A DNA stretch of 64,000 nt from an uncultured Gammaproteobacteria bacterium. GTDB taxonomy: Bacteria; Patescibacteriota; Microgenomatia; CAZETR01. The stretch is from assembly GCA_964514545.1 (NCBI GenBank), contig CAZETR010000011.1, positions 26,294-90,293 on the forward strand, given 5' to 3'. The notes beneath the pieces were generated by a model. The model saw only the letters and a program-made list of their open reading frames with translations, searched no databases and had not been told where the DNA came from. Of this stretch, positions 1 to 9,002 are shown piece after piece (position 1 is the stretch's first letter; the number at the start of each line of letters is the position of its first letter). The translations under genes and the position numbers were made by a program.

Positions 1-1725
1 TATGACTATGAAAATAAATAGCAAAGTCGAGATTAATATTTGCGTCCGGGCATGAAGTATAAAGGTTTCCTCGCCTGAGTTAAGAGAGGCTAGTAGGACA
101 TTTGCGTAATCTTTGAGGGTTAGATTTCTGGTAATTTCACTTCCGGTACTTGCCGCTGATGCAAGCGCTTTAAGTTTGGAATATCCAAGGACGCTGATTC
201 CCATATTCCAGGAAATCAGTAATGATTGGGTAAGAGACAAAAGCCCAAGGAGAATAACAATGTATTGCGCCGATACCTTTAACTTGCGGGAGATAAATTG
301 CGCTCCCAGACCCACGGCTATACAGATTAGCGGGACTAGTGGGAGCAAATACCTGGATGAGGCAGTCGATCCCATAAATAGTATCCATATCCAATACCAC
401 ATGAAGCTAACAAGCACGAAGCCGTTCAGGTACTGTGGAAGTAGAAGAACTAGTAATCCTAATGCTTTCGGAATCAAAAATAACGATCCGAATGATTTGA
501 GAAGAATCGGAGCTGCCAATTCTGAATGCTTCTGTGATTGCGACACTGGCTCTCTGTTGAGAATTTGTGAAACTTCGTGGACCGGGATGGTTGAGGGACG
601 TGCATCAGAGAAAGGAACTCTATAAATAATCTGGTTTCTAATAATCCACGTAAAACCCAGGAGAGAAGATATGCCCAGAATAATAATGACTCGTTTGGTG
701 ATATTTTGTCCGATGATTTTTTTCCTATGGAGGATATTTCCCAGAAGTATTACAGCTAGCGAGAGAATGACCGTAATCACGTTGTTGGGCAAAGCAAAGC
801 TAGCTGAGGTGTAAATAGTCGGCCTGATAGTAAAAATGATAAAGGTCACTACTAGTGCAGCCAGGGCAAGTGTTTTTGCCCGTTGGGTTAGCTTGTTTGA
901 TAAAATCAAAAAGAAAAAGATTGGATAATAAAAGATTCCTTGAAATTTTAAGAGAAAACTTGTTGTTAACGCGAGGCCTGCGCTGATTCCAGATGAAGTC
1001 GTTAACAACTGGGTGGATTTGCGATAAATGAAAACGAACAGCGCGGAAAATAGGATCTCGGGATAAAGTGCAAATGTCATGAGGAACTCGTCATTGAAGG
1101 GAAGAAAGGTGAATACCAGGGAACTCAAGGTGGCTAATTTTTTTCCAAAGATTTCTTTACAGAGAAAATAGTTCATTGCAAAGAAAAGTAAGTAGTGCAA
1201 AATTGGCAAGGCTTTAAAGGCTTGGGTACGGGGATTGTTTGTGACCGCCATGGCAACTGAAAAGAGAATCCATCCCCCGGGAGGAGGGACAACCATTGGC
1301 TCGCGCGTAAGTACGGTGTCAGTTGGGATGTGAGACTTAAGATGCGTCGACTGAGCGAATGGTAGATAGGAATTTGTAACATCGGGGTCAACGATCGGCC
1401 TGATAATTGTGAAGATCATCATCTTTAGAATGACTGCGATGAAGATGATTCCAAGAGGTGTTATTTTGGGTATTTTGAACGGTTTTAACTTAAAGATCTC
1501 TCTTATTCCTCTGGCCAGGAGAATCGATTGGCAGATGAAAAAAACTTTCGCCCAAAGATTAAAATTGATAGGAAGAAGGCCAATGATTGTGTAGAGGATA
1601 GTTGATATAGATAGGCCAATGATTGCAGATTCCACAAGACTAACGATCGCCATCGGTCGTCTTGGGATGCCCAGTATCCACAGTGAGACTATGGCTGGGA
1701 AAAGAACTGTCAGTGCAATTTCCAT
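1..1725 (-). CDS. Polytopic membrane protein, C-terminally truncated at the window edge (N-terminus MEIALTVLFPAIVSLWILGIPRRP...); possible GT-C-like membrane glycosyltransferase
   Basis: Reverse complement of 1..1725 translated manually. It gives an uninterrupted 575-codon frame from ATG at 1725 with no stop before position 1. The product is hydrophobic and multi-spanning, with a DPD acidic motif in an early loop. It is missing from the ORF track because it runs off the window edge. All short ORFs listed in 113..1594 are antisense to it or out of frame. Confidence 0.6.
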   Translation of the reverse strand, partial: MEIALTVLFPAIVSLWILGIPRRPMAIVSLVESAIIGLSISTILYTIIGLLPINFNLWAKVFFICQSILLARGIREIFKLKPFKIPKITPLGIIFIAVILKMMIFTIIRPIVDPDVTNSYLPFAQSTHLKSHIPTDTVLTREPMVVPPPGGWILFSVAMAVTNNPRTQAFKALPILHYLLFFAMNYFLCKEIFGKKLATLSSLVFTFLPFNDEFLMTFALYPEILFSALFVFIYRKSTQLLTTSSGISAGLALTTSFLLKFQGIFYYPIFFFLILSNKLTQRAKTLALAALVVTFIIFTIRPTIYTSASFALPNNVITVILSLAVILLGNILHRKKIIGQNITKRVIIILGISSLLGFTWIIRNQIIYRVPFSDARPSTIPVHEVSQILNREPVSQSQKHSELAAPILLKSFGSLFLIPKALGLLVLLLPQYLNGFVLVSFMWYWIWILFMGSTASSRYLLPLVPLICIAVGLGAQFISRKLKVSAQYIVILLGLLSLTQSLLISWNMGISVLGYSKLKALASAASTGSEITRNLTLKDYANVLLASLNSGEETFILHARTQILISTLLFIFIVI

Positions 1726-1742
1726 TTGTTAACTCGATGAAT

Positions 1743-2807
1743 TTACCCGCGACCTGACGGTCGGGGTGTCTTCTCGCGTTCGGACTTCGTCCGAAACTGG
1801 TCGCTCATCCCGCGGTCTGACGACCGGGGTATTACGCGTCGCGATAAAATGGTCTGAATTTTCCAGTAAACCGGGCCTATGTTTTTGGCCAATTTATTTT
1901 TAAATCTCATTAGAAGATTCCCGTAGTGATTTTTTACCTTATACGCAGAATCTATGTTCCTGATTGTTAAGATGGCTTCCTTGGTTGCAGTAATGTATGG
2001 GCTATAAATTAATTTTCTAACGTTACTTGTTAGCCTATATCCCGCCGAATAATCGAACTTATTTTCAGAAAGAAGCAGAAATTGGTGAAAATGGTAGCAA
2101 ATTAACCTGTCCCGTTCTATATAAACTGTTTTATCTTTCTCTGTAACACTATATTGTCCGATGTTCCAGGGAGCTGCGTTCACGCCAAGATTTTTTGAAA
2201 TAACAAGTTGTTTATAAAGCGAGGGCCATTCGTTTAGATACATTTGGTCGCCTAACTTATTGTCTTCATATTTCCAGTAGCACCAATCCAGGCATTGCTT
2301 TCGCCATTTTCGAAGACACGCCATCCCCTCTTTGTTCCCTGCAAAGATTTGAAATCCGACGTTAAATCTGCCAATAAGCGAGATTCTGTATTCCTGTCCG
2401 AGTGGATACCTGCTCTCTACTATATATATTGATCCTCCGTTGAGTTCAGCAAACACCGGGTCAATTTTTCCAAAAAGGTACAAGTCGGCGTCCAAATAAA
2501 CCACATACCTGGTCTTGAAATCGTGCCTAAAAATGTAGAGGGGTAATGAGGGCGTACAGGTCCAGTAATATTCCACCCAGTTCCTGTTATTTTTTGCCTT
2601 TAGTAGCTCTTTGTCTTCAAACTCCGCGAGCGGGACAAGCTTGGCGTTTTTGAGCTTCATCTTTGTTAGGATATCGAGGGTATAGTCGTCCATGCAGAGA
2701 ATCCATAACTTTGAATTTGGATGAAACTTTATTAGCGACGTGTAAAGGGCCAGTCCTTTGGGTAAATAACTTTTATCGAAGTAGGTACAAAAGACAAAAT
2801 TATCCAT
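1743..2807 (-). CDS. Putative nucleotide-diphospho-sugar glycosyltransferase (DxD-type: YVVYLDADLYLF); the C-terminal ~35 aa is encoded by a GC-rich hairpin island
   Basis: 354-aa ORF. N-terminal FCTYFDKSYLPKGLALYTSL plus a DAD motif resemble GT8/GT32-like sugar transferases. The basic, low-complexity C-terminus RVIPRSSDRGMSDQFRTKSEREKTPRPSGRG maps exactly onto the GC-rich segment 1745-1845. Confidence 0.5.
   Translation of the reverse strand: MDNFVFCTYFDKSYLPKGLALYTSLIKFHPNSKLWILCMDDYTLDILTKMKLKNAKLVPLAEFEDKELLKAKNNRNWVEYYWTCTPSLPLYIFRHDFKTRYVVYLDADLYLFGKIDPVFAELNGGSIYIVESRYPLGQEYRISLIGRFNVGFQIFAGNKEGMACLRKWRKQCLDWCYWKYEDNKLGDQMYLNEWPSLYKQLVISKNLGVNAAPWNIGQYSVTEKDKTVYIERDRLICYHFHQFLLLSENKFDYSAGYRLTSNVRKLIYSPYITATKEAILTIRNIDSAYKVKNHYGNLLMRFKNKLAKNIGPVYWKIQTILSRRVIPRSSDRGMSDQFRTKSEREKTPRPSGRG
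1745..1845. repeat. GC-rich island of three hairpins at a gene junction
   Basis: Hairpin 1 (1746-1766) is CCCGCGACC-TGAC-GGTCGGGG. A central hairpin (about 1778-1797) has stem TTCGGAC/GTCCGAA with loop TTC. Hairpin 2 (1809-1829) is CCCGCGGTC-TGAC-GACCGGGG; it uses the same loop and outer stem, with compensatory inner-stem changes (ACC/GGT to GTC/GAC). Confidence 0.5.
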
Positions 2808-3672
2808 ATAGATAAACTTTATTTAGGCTGCCGAGCATTTTTTTTGCCAGACTGACGAAGTTGACAAATTTGTATCTGGGCGGACAATAAAGTCGAATAA
2901 AATTGATGGAGTCAAAGATGTTTAACCTCGAGCGCCGGGAAAAAATTAATTTCAAAGCGTTTTTGAAATGTATTTTTTTGAGTGTATGTTCATGCCCTAG
3001 TCCGGTTAAATTGGATTTATTGTATATGATTGCCTTGTAGTAGATTGCTATTTTAAGCCCCTTTAATTTTGCTCTACACCCAAACTCGTAGTCGGAAAGA
3101 TAATGCGGAAAGGCAATATCGTTAAACAGTCCAATGGATTTAAATACACTTGTTTTATATAGCGTGCCCTTGGTTGAAAGAGTATCGATATTGGTTTCTA
3201 CTTCCAATGTTTCTTGCCAACCAGATTTGAGGATAATGGGTACATATTTGCAATTTGCCCAGTCGATATTAATCCCGGCATCGATAACCTTTTTTCCGTC
3301 TTGACTTACACACAGAGATCCAATTATTTCGTACTTGATGTTTTGACTAAATGCTACCAGGCGTCCTACATAGTCTGTATCGAAAGTGCAATCGTTGTTG
3401 ACGATTAAGACGAAATCGCTCTTTCGGGAAACCTTTAGAATTTCTTCTAAACCCCGGTTTATGGATCTGGTCCACCACAGGTTGCCGTCTCCTTCTAAAA
3501 CGGATAGGTTCTTTTGCCTACGTAAATATTGAAGTGTTCCGTCCGTCGATCCATCGTCCACGATAAAAGTTCTTAGGTTAGGATAACTTTGCTTTTTAAT
3601 ACTAGAAAGCAGTTTTTTGGTTTCATTTAATCTGTTGTGGACTGCTGTAAGAATGTAGACTGTGGGTTTCAT
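2800..3672 (-). CDS. Glycosyltransferase family 2
   Basis: Motifs ILTAVHNR...QSYPNLRTFIVDDGSTDGT and DxD. The likely start is the internal MKPTVYI at 3672, which gives an ATGA overlap with the stop of the upstream gene at 3669. Confidence 0.8.
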   Translation of the reverse strand: MKPTVYILTAVHNRLNETKKLLSSIKKQSYPNLRTFIVDDGSTDGTLQYLRRQKNLSVLEGDGNLWWTRSINRGLEEILKVSRKSDFVLIVNNDCTFDTDYVGRLVAFSQNIKYEIIGSLCVSQDGKKVIDAGINIDWANCKYVPIILKSGWQETLEVETNIDTLSTKGTLYKTSVFKSIGLFNDIAFPHYLSDYEFGCRAKLKGLKIAIYYKAIIYNKSNLTGLGHEHTLKKIHFKNALKLIFSRRSRLNIFDSINFIRLYCPPRYKFVNFVSLAKKMLGSLNKVYLYG

Positions 3673-4634
3673 TTGTCGGTTTCTAAAAATACCAGCCAAC
3701 TCTCGCCTAACCCGAGAAAATCTATCAGACGATTGAATGGAATACACGCAACGAGAAATGACCAGACCACTAGTTTGTACATGGACTGGGTAGCGCTAGA
3801 TCTATTAGGAGATAGTGAATCTGTTGGATTATCCCAGATTGGATTTGGCACTCCATGTTTTGCTTTTTTAACGAGGCTGCGAATTTGCAAGAGCGTCCAT
3901 AAATTTGGGGTAATAGTTCTCACTCTGGTGATTTTTAAGTTGTTTATTTTAGCCAGATGGTTAAGGGACTTTAAGGTAAAAAGGTTTTGATGAAATGGCA
4001 CGTGCCAATGAAGCCATTTACGCCCCAACATTTTTCGGGTAAGAGAATTCAGGTTTGGAGTACTAAGAATTATTTTTCCTGCTGGTTTTAGTTTTTTCTT
4101 TGCGGCTTGCAAGAACAATGCAGGATCCGACACGTGTTCTATCACTTGACTGGCAGTTACCACGTCAAATTTAAGTTTAGGAAACGGATTATTTGTAATT
4201 TCTCCTTGAAATACATTTAGATTGAGGGCTCTGGCAATCTTTTGAGCCATTGGGTCAGGTTCAACTCCATAGCCAGTAGATTTTTGGTCTTTAATCTCGA
4301 GTAGCGAAACTCCCGATCCTGATCCAATATCCAAAACCAGATTATGTGGCTTAATTTGCTTATGGGCTATATTGTCGATTCCTAATAACCAGCTACCAAC
4401 TTTCCCAATCTTCGAGATGGAGCTTTTCACCTGCTGGGGTGTGAATTTAGACAGAGGGTAATATTTGCTATATATTTTAGGTATCTCGTTTTTTTTTAAC
4501 CGAGGATAAGTCTGACCAAGTGAGCAGTTTTTACACTGTAGAACTGAATACTTTCCAGAAGATCCGTATCTGTCGTCGAAAAGACCACTTTCCAAAAGAT
4601 TGAGTTTTGTTTTTTTGCAAAGAACGCAGTTCAT
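3669..4634 (-). CDS. Class I SAM-dependent methyltransferase with an N-terminal Cys4 zinc-ribbon
   Basis: N-terminal CxxC...CxxC (MNCVLCKK...CKNCS). SAM motif VLDIGSGSGVSL and VTASQVIEHVSDP. Confidence 0.7.
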   Translation of the reverse strand: MNCVLCKKTKLNLLESGLFDDRYGSSGKYSVLQCKNCSLGQTYPRLKKNEIPKIYSKYYPLSKFTPQQVKSSISKIGKVGSWLLGIDNIAHKQIKPHNLVLDIGSGSGVSLLEIKDQKSTGYGVEPDPMAQKIARALNLNVFQGEITNNPFPKLKFDVVTASQVIEHVSDPALFLQAAKKKLKPAGKIILSTPNLNSLTRKMLGRKWLHWHVPFHQNLFTLKSLNHLAKINNLKITRVRTITPNLWTLLQIRSLVKKAKHGVPNPIWDNPTDSLSPNRSSATQSMYKLVVWSFLVACIPFNRLIDFLGLGESWLVFLETDK

Positions 4635-5308
4635 TTTTGCCCTTTTAACAGATAGACCGCTGTGACTGTAAAAAGATTTGGAAACATTCGCAAAACTGCC
4701 TCTGGAATTGGGCCAAGTTTGTGGATGGTAAAAAGGTGTCTATCTAAAATCTTAAGTCTTCTTTCCGCGCAGAATTTTTCAAAGTCTACGATAGATAATT
4801 GGTGAATAAGGCCTGTAGAGTACCATCTCTGGTTGGTAAACATTTTCATAGGTATTCTCCCGTCAAATAGTAGCTCGAACCTATTGTTAATGAAAGCAAA
4901 ATTGGGAAAAGAAACAATTTGTCTTTTTGCCACTCTCGCCATTTCGCTTAACAAGATCTCGGGATAAAAAACCATTTGAAGAGTAACATTGCATATTGCA
5001 AAGTCAAAATCCCTTTTTTTATATTTTAATTTTGTATCAATTCTTCCGACTGTTGCTGTAATTCCTTTTTTGCGTGCTGAATTTACACCGGAGCGCGAGA
5101 TATCTATTCCTTCGCCATTTATGCCTTTTTCAATAAGGAGCTTGAGAAGTGAGCCGTCACCGCAACCTAAATCCAGGACACTTGCGTTCGCTGGTATCCA
5201 GTCTTTGATAACACTATATTCAGCACGTTGCGAGCTCCCGTTTAGTTTATAACTATAATTTCGATTGTCACTCATTTTTCGAGTAGATAAACGGCGCTTG
5301 AAGCCCAA
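4631..5308 (-). CDS. MetW-like SAM-dependent methyltransferase (paralog A)
   Basis: VLDLGCGDGSLLKLL plus RQIVSFPNFAF closely resemble the MetW domain (CIVSFPNFGHW). Confidence 0.7.
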   Translation of the reverse strand: MGFKRRLSTRKMSDNRNYSYKLNGSSQRAEYSVIKDWIPANASVLDLGCGDGSLLKLLIEKGINGEGIDISRSGVNSARKKGITATVGRIDTKLKYKKRDFDFAICNVTLQMVFYPEILLSEMARVAKRQIVSFPNFAFINNRFELLFDGRIPMKMFTNQRWYSTGLIHQLSIVDFEKFCAERRLKILDRHLFTIHKLGPIPEAVLRMFPNLFTVTAVYLLKGQK

Positions 5309-5910
5309 AGATTTGAATGTCCGGCCAATAATATTCCAGGAATCGCTCCTAGTTTCGAAAAAATAAAAGGATGATGCATAATTTTTTTAACTTTCTTACG
5401 TTCTATATATTCCTCAAAATCTCGGATCGAGAACTGGTGGATATGTCCGGTTGAATACCAGTTGTACCCGAAAAGGGTAAATCTGGGAAACCTGCCGTTA
5501 AATAGCAGATCTAGTCTGTTTAGGATAAACGCAAAATTGGGGAAAGATACTATTTGGCGCTTTGAGACCCGAACCATTTCTGAAAGCAAAATATCCGGGT
5601 ACATGACCATTTGTATGGTAACGCAGCAGATCGAATAGTCGAAACTGTTGTTTGGGTAGGGCAACTTCTTGTCTATTCTCCCTTTGAAGGCAGTAACTCC
5701 CTTTCTCCTTGCTGACTTTACGGCAGTTGGAGAAATATCCAGACCGATTCCACGAATCTTTTTCTTTTGCAGTGACTTAAGAAGTGAACCATCGCCACAG
5801 CCGAGATCTAGAACCCTGCTTCCAGCTTCGACCAGGTCAAATATTTCTTTAAATTCAGCTCTACTAGTTTGTGAGTCGGGTGCGTACTCGTAATTTCTAT
5901 TATCGTTCAT
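5272..5910 (-). CDS. MetW-like SAM-dependent methyltransferase (paralog B)
   Basis: VLDLGCGDGSLLKSL and RQIVSFPNFAF. This is a tandem paralog of 4631..5308 with visible nucleotide-level similarity. Confidence 0.7.
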   Translation of the reverse strand: MNDNRNYEYAPDSQTSRAEFKEIFDLVEAGSRVLDLGCGDGSLLKSLQKKKIRGIGLDISPTAVKSARRKGVTAFKGRIDKKLPYPNNSFDYSICCVTIQMVMYPDILLSEMVRVSKRQIVSFPNFAFILNRLDLLFNGRFPRFTLFGYNWYSTGHIHQFSIRDFEEYIERKKVKKIMHHPFIFSKLGAIPGILLAGHSNLWASSAVYLLEK

Positions 5911-6044
5911 TTTTCTTTTTTATTCTGCACTTTTATTCATATGGATTATAAACTACCTTGGCCCTACCCACCGACTAAAGTTTGAGTATTGGTTGAGTTG
6001 AACAAAGTTGTTTACCTGAAACTCAATACATATGGTATACTTTT
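5911..6044. promoter_or_regulatory. Divergent intergenic region, probably carrying promoters for both flanking operons
   Basis: 134-nt AT-rich gap between head-to-head genes. It contains a TATACT -10-like hexamer and a short inverted repeat (TTGAGT/ACTCAA). Confidence 0.3.
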
Positions 6045-6890
6045 GTGATTCAAAAATTGAATATGCGAGATAAAAAACGGACAATTTACGAAAAAATTAT
6101 CTCTGGTCTCGTGACACATGTCGACCCTAGGACTCGACTGGCCGGATATGTCTATAGTTTAGCTAAGAGGTACTGTTCTGCTTATCAAGGTGAAAACGAT
6201 CCTGATTACCACACTAACGGGCAGCGGAATTTCTATAAAAAATTAGTTTTATCAGGTAATACAAAATTAGTAGTCATTGTCGGTGCGAACATTGGAGAAA
6301 TGTCGAATTATCTTCTTTCTCTGGAAAAAGGGATTGAGGTGCATTGTTTTGAGCCGGATCCAAGAGCGTTTAAAATTCTCCAAACAAAATTAAATGTCTC
6401 AAACGCCGTATTGAATCAACTGGCCGTAGGAGACAGGGTAGAAATAAAACCAATGCATATGCATAAGAAATTTAGTGAGTGGAATACTTTTCATGTATAT
6501 CCTCATCGACTAAAAGAGTTTAGATCCCAGTCAGTAAAAGTTACCACTCTCGATTCGTATCTTTCGGGAAAAAATATCTCCCACGTTGACTTATTGAAGA
6601 TCGATACGGAGGGCCACGACTTTTTTGTGCTTAAGGGAACAAGCCGTTATTTGCAACGAGCTGCAATTGACGTAATTATATTTGAGTACGGAGAGGTGTC
6701 TATGCTATCCCGACAGCTGTTTTATGACATCTATTCGTATCTTGAAGGCAATGGATATCGAGTATATAAAATAATGCCAAACTATCTGAAGAGAATTAGA
6801 TACTCGCCAGATGATGAACGATGTTTTTATGCCAACTTTGTTGCCATTCGAAGAGATTTTAACATTGGAAGTATAGAAACTGATGACTAA
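6045..6890 (+). CDS. FkbM-family methyltransferase
   Basis: VIVGANIGEMS...HCFEPDP...LKIDTEGHDFFVL matches the FkbM-family signature (TIGR01444-like). Confidence 0.75.
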   Translation: MIQKLNMRDKKRTIYEKIISGLVTHVDPRTRLAGYVYSLAKRYCSAYQGENDPDYHTNGQRNFYKKLVLSGNTKLVVIVGANIGEMSNYLLSLEKGIEVHCFEPDPRAFKILQTKLNVSNAVLNQLAVGDRVEIKPMHMHKKFSEWNTFHVYPHRLKEFRSQSVKVTTLDSYLSGKNISHVDLLKIDTEGHDFFVLKGTSRYLQRAAIDVIIFEYGEVSMLSRQLFYDIYSYLEGNGYRVYKIMPNYLKRIRYSPDDERCFYANFVAIRRDFNIGSIETDD

Positions 6891-8056
6891 GATTCAAATC
6901 GCTTTTTTTCGAGAACAGAACTTTTGTAATTTAGAGCTTTTAGGTGCAGTGCTTTAATTTCAAATCCCACCTGCTGAATTTGATTTTGAGTTAAGGCAAG
7001 CCCCGAGGGGAGATACAATCCTACTTTTGAGGCAAGGATAGTGTTCGGAAACTTATCGTTTTCGCCAAGATATGTTTTTAGGATTGGTTGATCTGATGGA
7101 GGGTAAAAAAAGTCGCGGGTATCAATTCCTCGAAGTTTTAATTCTGCACGAAGCTCGTCCCTGGACATGCCAAATTTAATCTCATCGACTGTAATTGCGT
7201 ACATCCAATAGACACATTTACATTTTTTTTCTTCGTGCGGGAGTTTGATACCAGCTACGTCCTGCAAAAGTGACATGTATGTTTTGGCCATTCGTCTTTT
7301 CTTTTCAACGTAATCTTGAATATGACCTAACCCTCCACAACCGACAGCGGCTTGGAGGTTTGTCATGCGATAGTTAAATCCCAATTTTGAGTGGATGAAA
7401 CGTTTGGGAAAGTGATATAAGTCCATTAATTTCCGGGACTCTTTAGCTAGGCTGTCATTATTCGTAACAATCATTCCTCCTTCTCCGGTGGTGATAATTT
7501 TGTTGGCATAGAAACTAAAACAGTTGATGTCTCCCAGAGATCCACATTTCCTTTCTTTATATTCCGCTCCATGTGCTTCGGCTGCGTCTTCAATGATTGT
7601 GAGTTTGTGTTTTTTGGCTATTTTAATTAACGGATCCATGTCGACAGGGTATCCGTAAATGTGAACAGGAATAATGGCTTTGGTTCTTTTGGAAATTTTT
7701 TTTTCTATTAGTTTGACGTCTATGTTAAAGGTGTCAGGATCGCAGTCGACGAATACTGGTTTGGCGCCTACATATATAACTGCCATCCATGTCGCTGCCA
7801 TTGTAAATGCAGGAACTATTACTTCATCTCTTTTTCCTATTCCGCAAGCAAGTAGGGCTACGTGAAGTGCCGCTGTTCCACTGCTGACTGCAATGGCATG
7901 TTTGACGCCAAGGAAGTGAGCAAATTTTTCTTCAAATTCTTGAATGTATTTTCCGGCTGAGGAGATCCACCCGGTTTCTAAAGCGTCTAATACGTATTTC
8001 TTCGCCTCTGGTGAAATAATGGGTTCATTTACCGGGATTATTATACTAGTGTTCAT
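6887..8056 (-). CDS. DegT/DnrJ/EryC1/StrS-family PLP-dependent sugar aminotransferase
   Basis: IIPVNEPIISPEAKKYVLDALETGWISSAGKYIQEFEEKFAHFLG, AVSSGTAALHVAL and FNYRMTNLQAAVG are hallmark motifs. Confidence 0.9.
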   Translation of the reverse strand: MNTSIIIPVNEPIISPEAKKYVLDALETGWISSAGKYIQEFEEKFAHFLGVKHAIAVSSGTAALHVALLACGIGKRDEVIVPAFTMAATWMAVIYVGAKPVFVDCDPDTFNIDVKLIEKKISKRTKAIIPVHIYGYPVDMDPLIKIAKKHKLTIIEDAAEAHGAEYKERKCGSLGDINCFSFYANKIITTGEGGMIVTNNDSLAKESRKLMDLYHFPKRFIHSKLGFNYRMTNLQAAVGCGGLGHIQDYVEKKRRMAKTYMSLLQDVAGIKLPHEEKKCKCVYWMYAITVDEIKFGMSRDELRAELKLRGIDTRDFFYPPSDQPILKTYLGENDKFPNTILASKVGLYLPSGLALTQNQIQQVGFEIKALHLKALNYKSSVLEKKRFES

Positions 8057-8456
8057 TCTCGTACGTTTTTGCTTCTTTGTCTCCAGGGTAGGGTCCTTGC
8101 TTCACCTCAATAATCTTGCATTTCTCGAGAACTTCAAGCCCATGTCCTCCACTTATGGTGAGAATAAAATCTCCAGCAGTAAGAACCACATCTTCTAATG
8201 GTTCCCAATCATCAGAAAACAAATGAACTTTTACTTTTCCTTTTACAATGTAAAGAAATTCCTGGGTCGTATCAACGTTGTATTTTATGTCTTTGCGGTG
8301 TATGTGATTCTTTACGATCTTTCCAGCAGGATGTTCAATGAGACCAAGTTGAAGTGTGTAGCTTTGAGGCGTTAAAAATCTGACGCCGTCGGCTTTTAGG
8401 CTTTTACGAAAAACTAGTGCGACGGTTTTTTTGTATGTTATCTGCTGTACTTCCAC
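8046..8456 (-). CDS. WxcM/FdtA-like cupin (NDP-4-keto-6-deoxyhexose 3,4-ketoisomerase-like)
   Basis: 136-aa cupin with HxH...H (NHIHRKD...H). Its size and its position next to an aminotransferase match FdtA/QdtA-type isomerases. Confidence 0.5.
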   Translation of the reverse strand: MEVQQITYKKTVALVFRKSLKADGVRFLTPQSYTLQLGLIEHPAGKIVKNHIHRKDIKYNVDTTQEFLYIVKGKVKVHLFSDDWEPLEDVVLTAGDFILTISGGHGLEVLEKCKIIEVKQGPYPGDKEAKTYENEH

Positions 8457-8519
8457 AGACCCTTATTATAAGCATCATTGTGCGATTATCAATCAGAATA
8501 TTTTAATCCATCAACCTAC

Positions 8520-8996
8520 TCATTTCTTTACCCAATTACTTAGAAGGTCTGAGCTTGATCTTATCTTCCCACCACCAACTCCGAATATGATTTGGCACCT
8601 TACCTTTATACACGCGTTCCTTTCGAGAATAGGTATTTTTTTGATTGAATCTATGTCTCCACCATTGGCCCAGATGTTTGGCTTTAGGTGGAGAATTGCA
8701 TTAACTACATCCCCACCTCCCATAACAAATACGTCGTCCACGCATCGCAACTCTTTAATTATGGCAACCCTATCTTCTAATGGCATAAATACTTTTCCTT
8801 TCTTTTTAATTGTGTATTCATCCCCGTCGATGACCACTACTAGCTTGTCTCCAAGCGCCTTTGCGGCCTGAAAGGAAAGTAGGTGACCTAAATGAAGTGG
8901 GTCAAAACTTCCACTTACCATAACAACTTTTTCTTTTCTTAATTCTCTTGAATTTCTTTGTAGCAATCTTTTCTTGTCTTTTTTCCGATTTAGCAT
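8520..8996 (-). CDS. Cytidylyltransferase-like nucleotidyltransferase (HxGH family, TagD/RfaE-domain-II-like)
   Basis: MVSGSFDPLHLGHL (HxGH) plus a Rossmann-like layout. The basic N-terminal 25 aa may lie upstream of the true start at 8921. Confidence 0.65.
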   Translation of the reverse strand: MLNRKKDKKRLLQRNSRELRKEKVVMVSGSFDPLHLGHLLSFQAAKALGDKLVVVIDGDEYTIKKKGKVFMPLEDRVAIIKELRCVDDVFVMGGGDVVNAILHLKPNIWANGGDIDSIKKIPILERNACIKVRCQIIFGVGGGKIRSSSDLLSNWVKK

Positions 8997-9002
8997 CTAT
9001 TT

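Noticed and set aside
113-1594. Track ORFs 113..625(+), 170..400(-), 1173..1391(-), 1409..1594(+)
   Set aside because: All lie within or antisense to the long uninterrupted minus-strand frame 1..1725, which encodes a coherent membrane protein. They are short, lack motifs, and 1173..1391 is merely the +1 frame of the real gene.
4989-5893. Two plus-strand ORFs (4989..5252, 5669..5893) encoding near-identical peptides (LRSEPSPQP[KR]SRTL)
   Set aside because: They are antisense shadows of the conserved SAM-binding region of the two MetW-like paralogs on the minus strand. The similarity reflects the gene duplication, not a repeated small gene.
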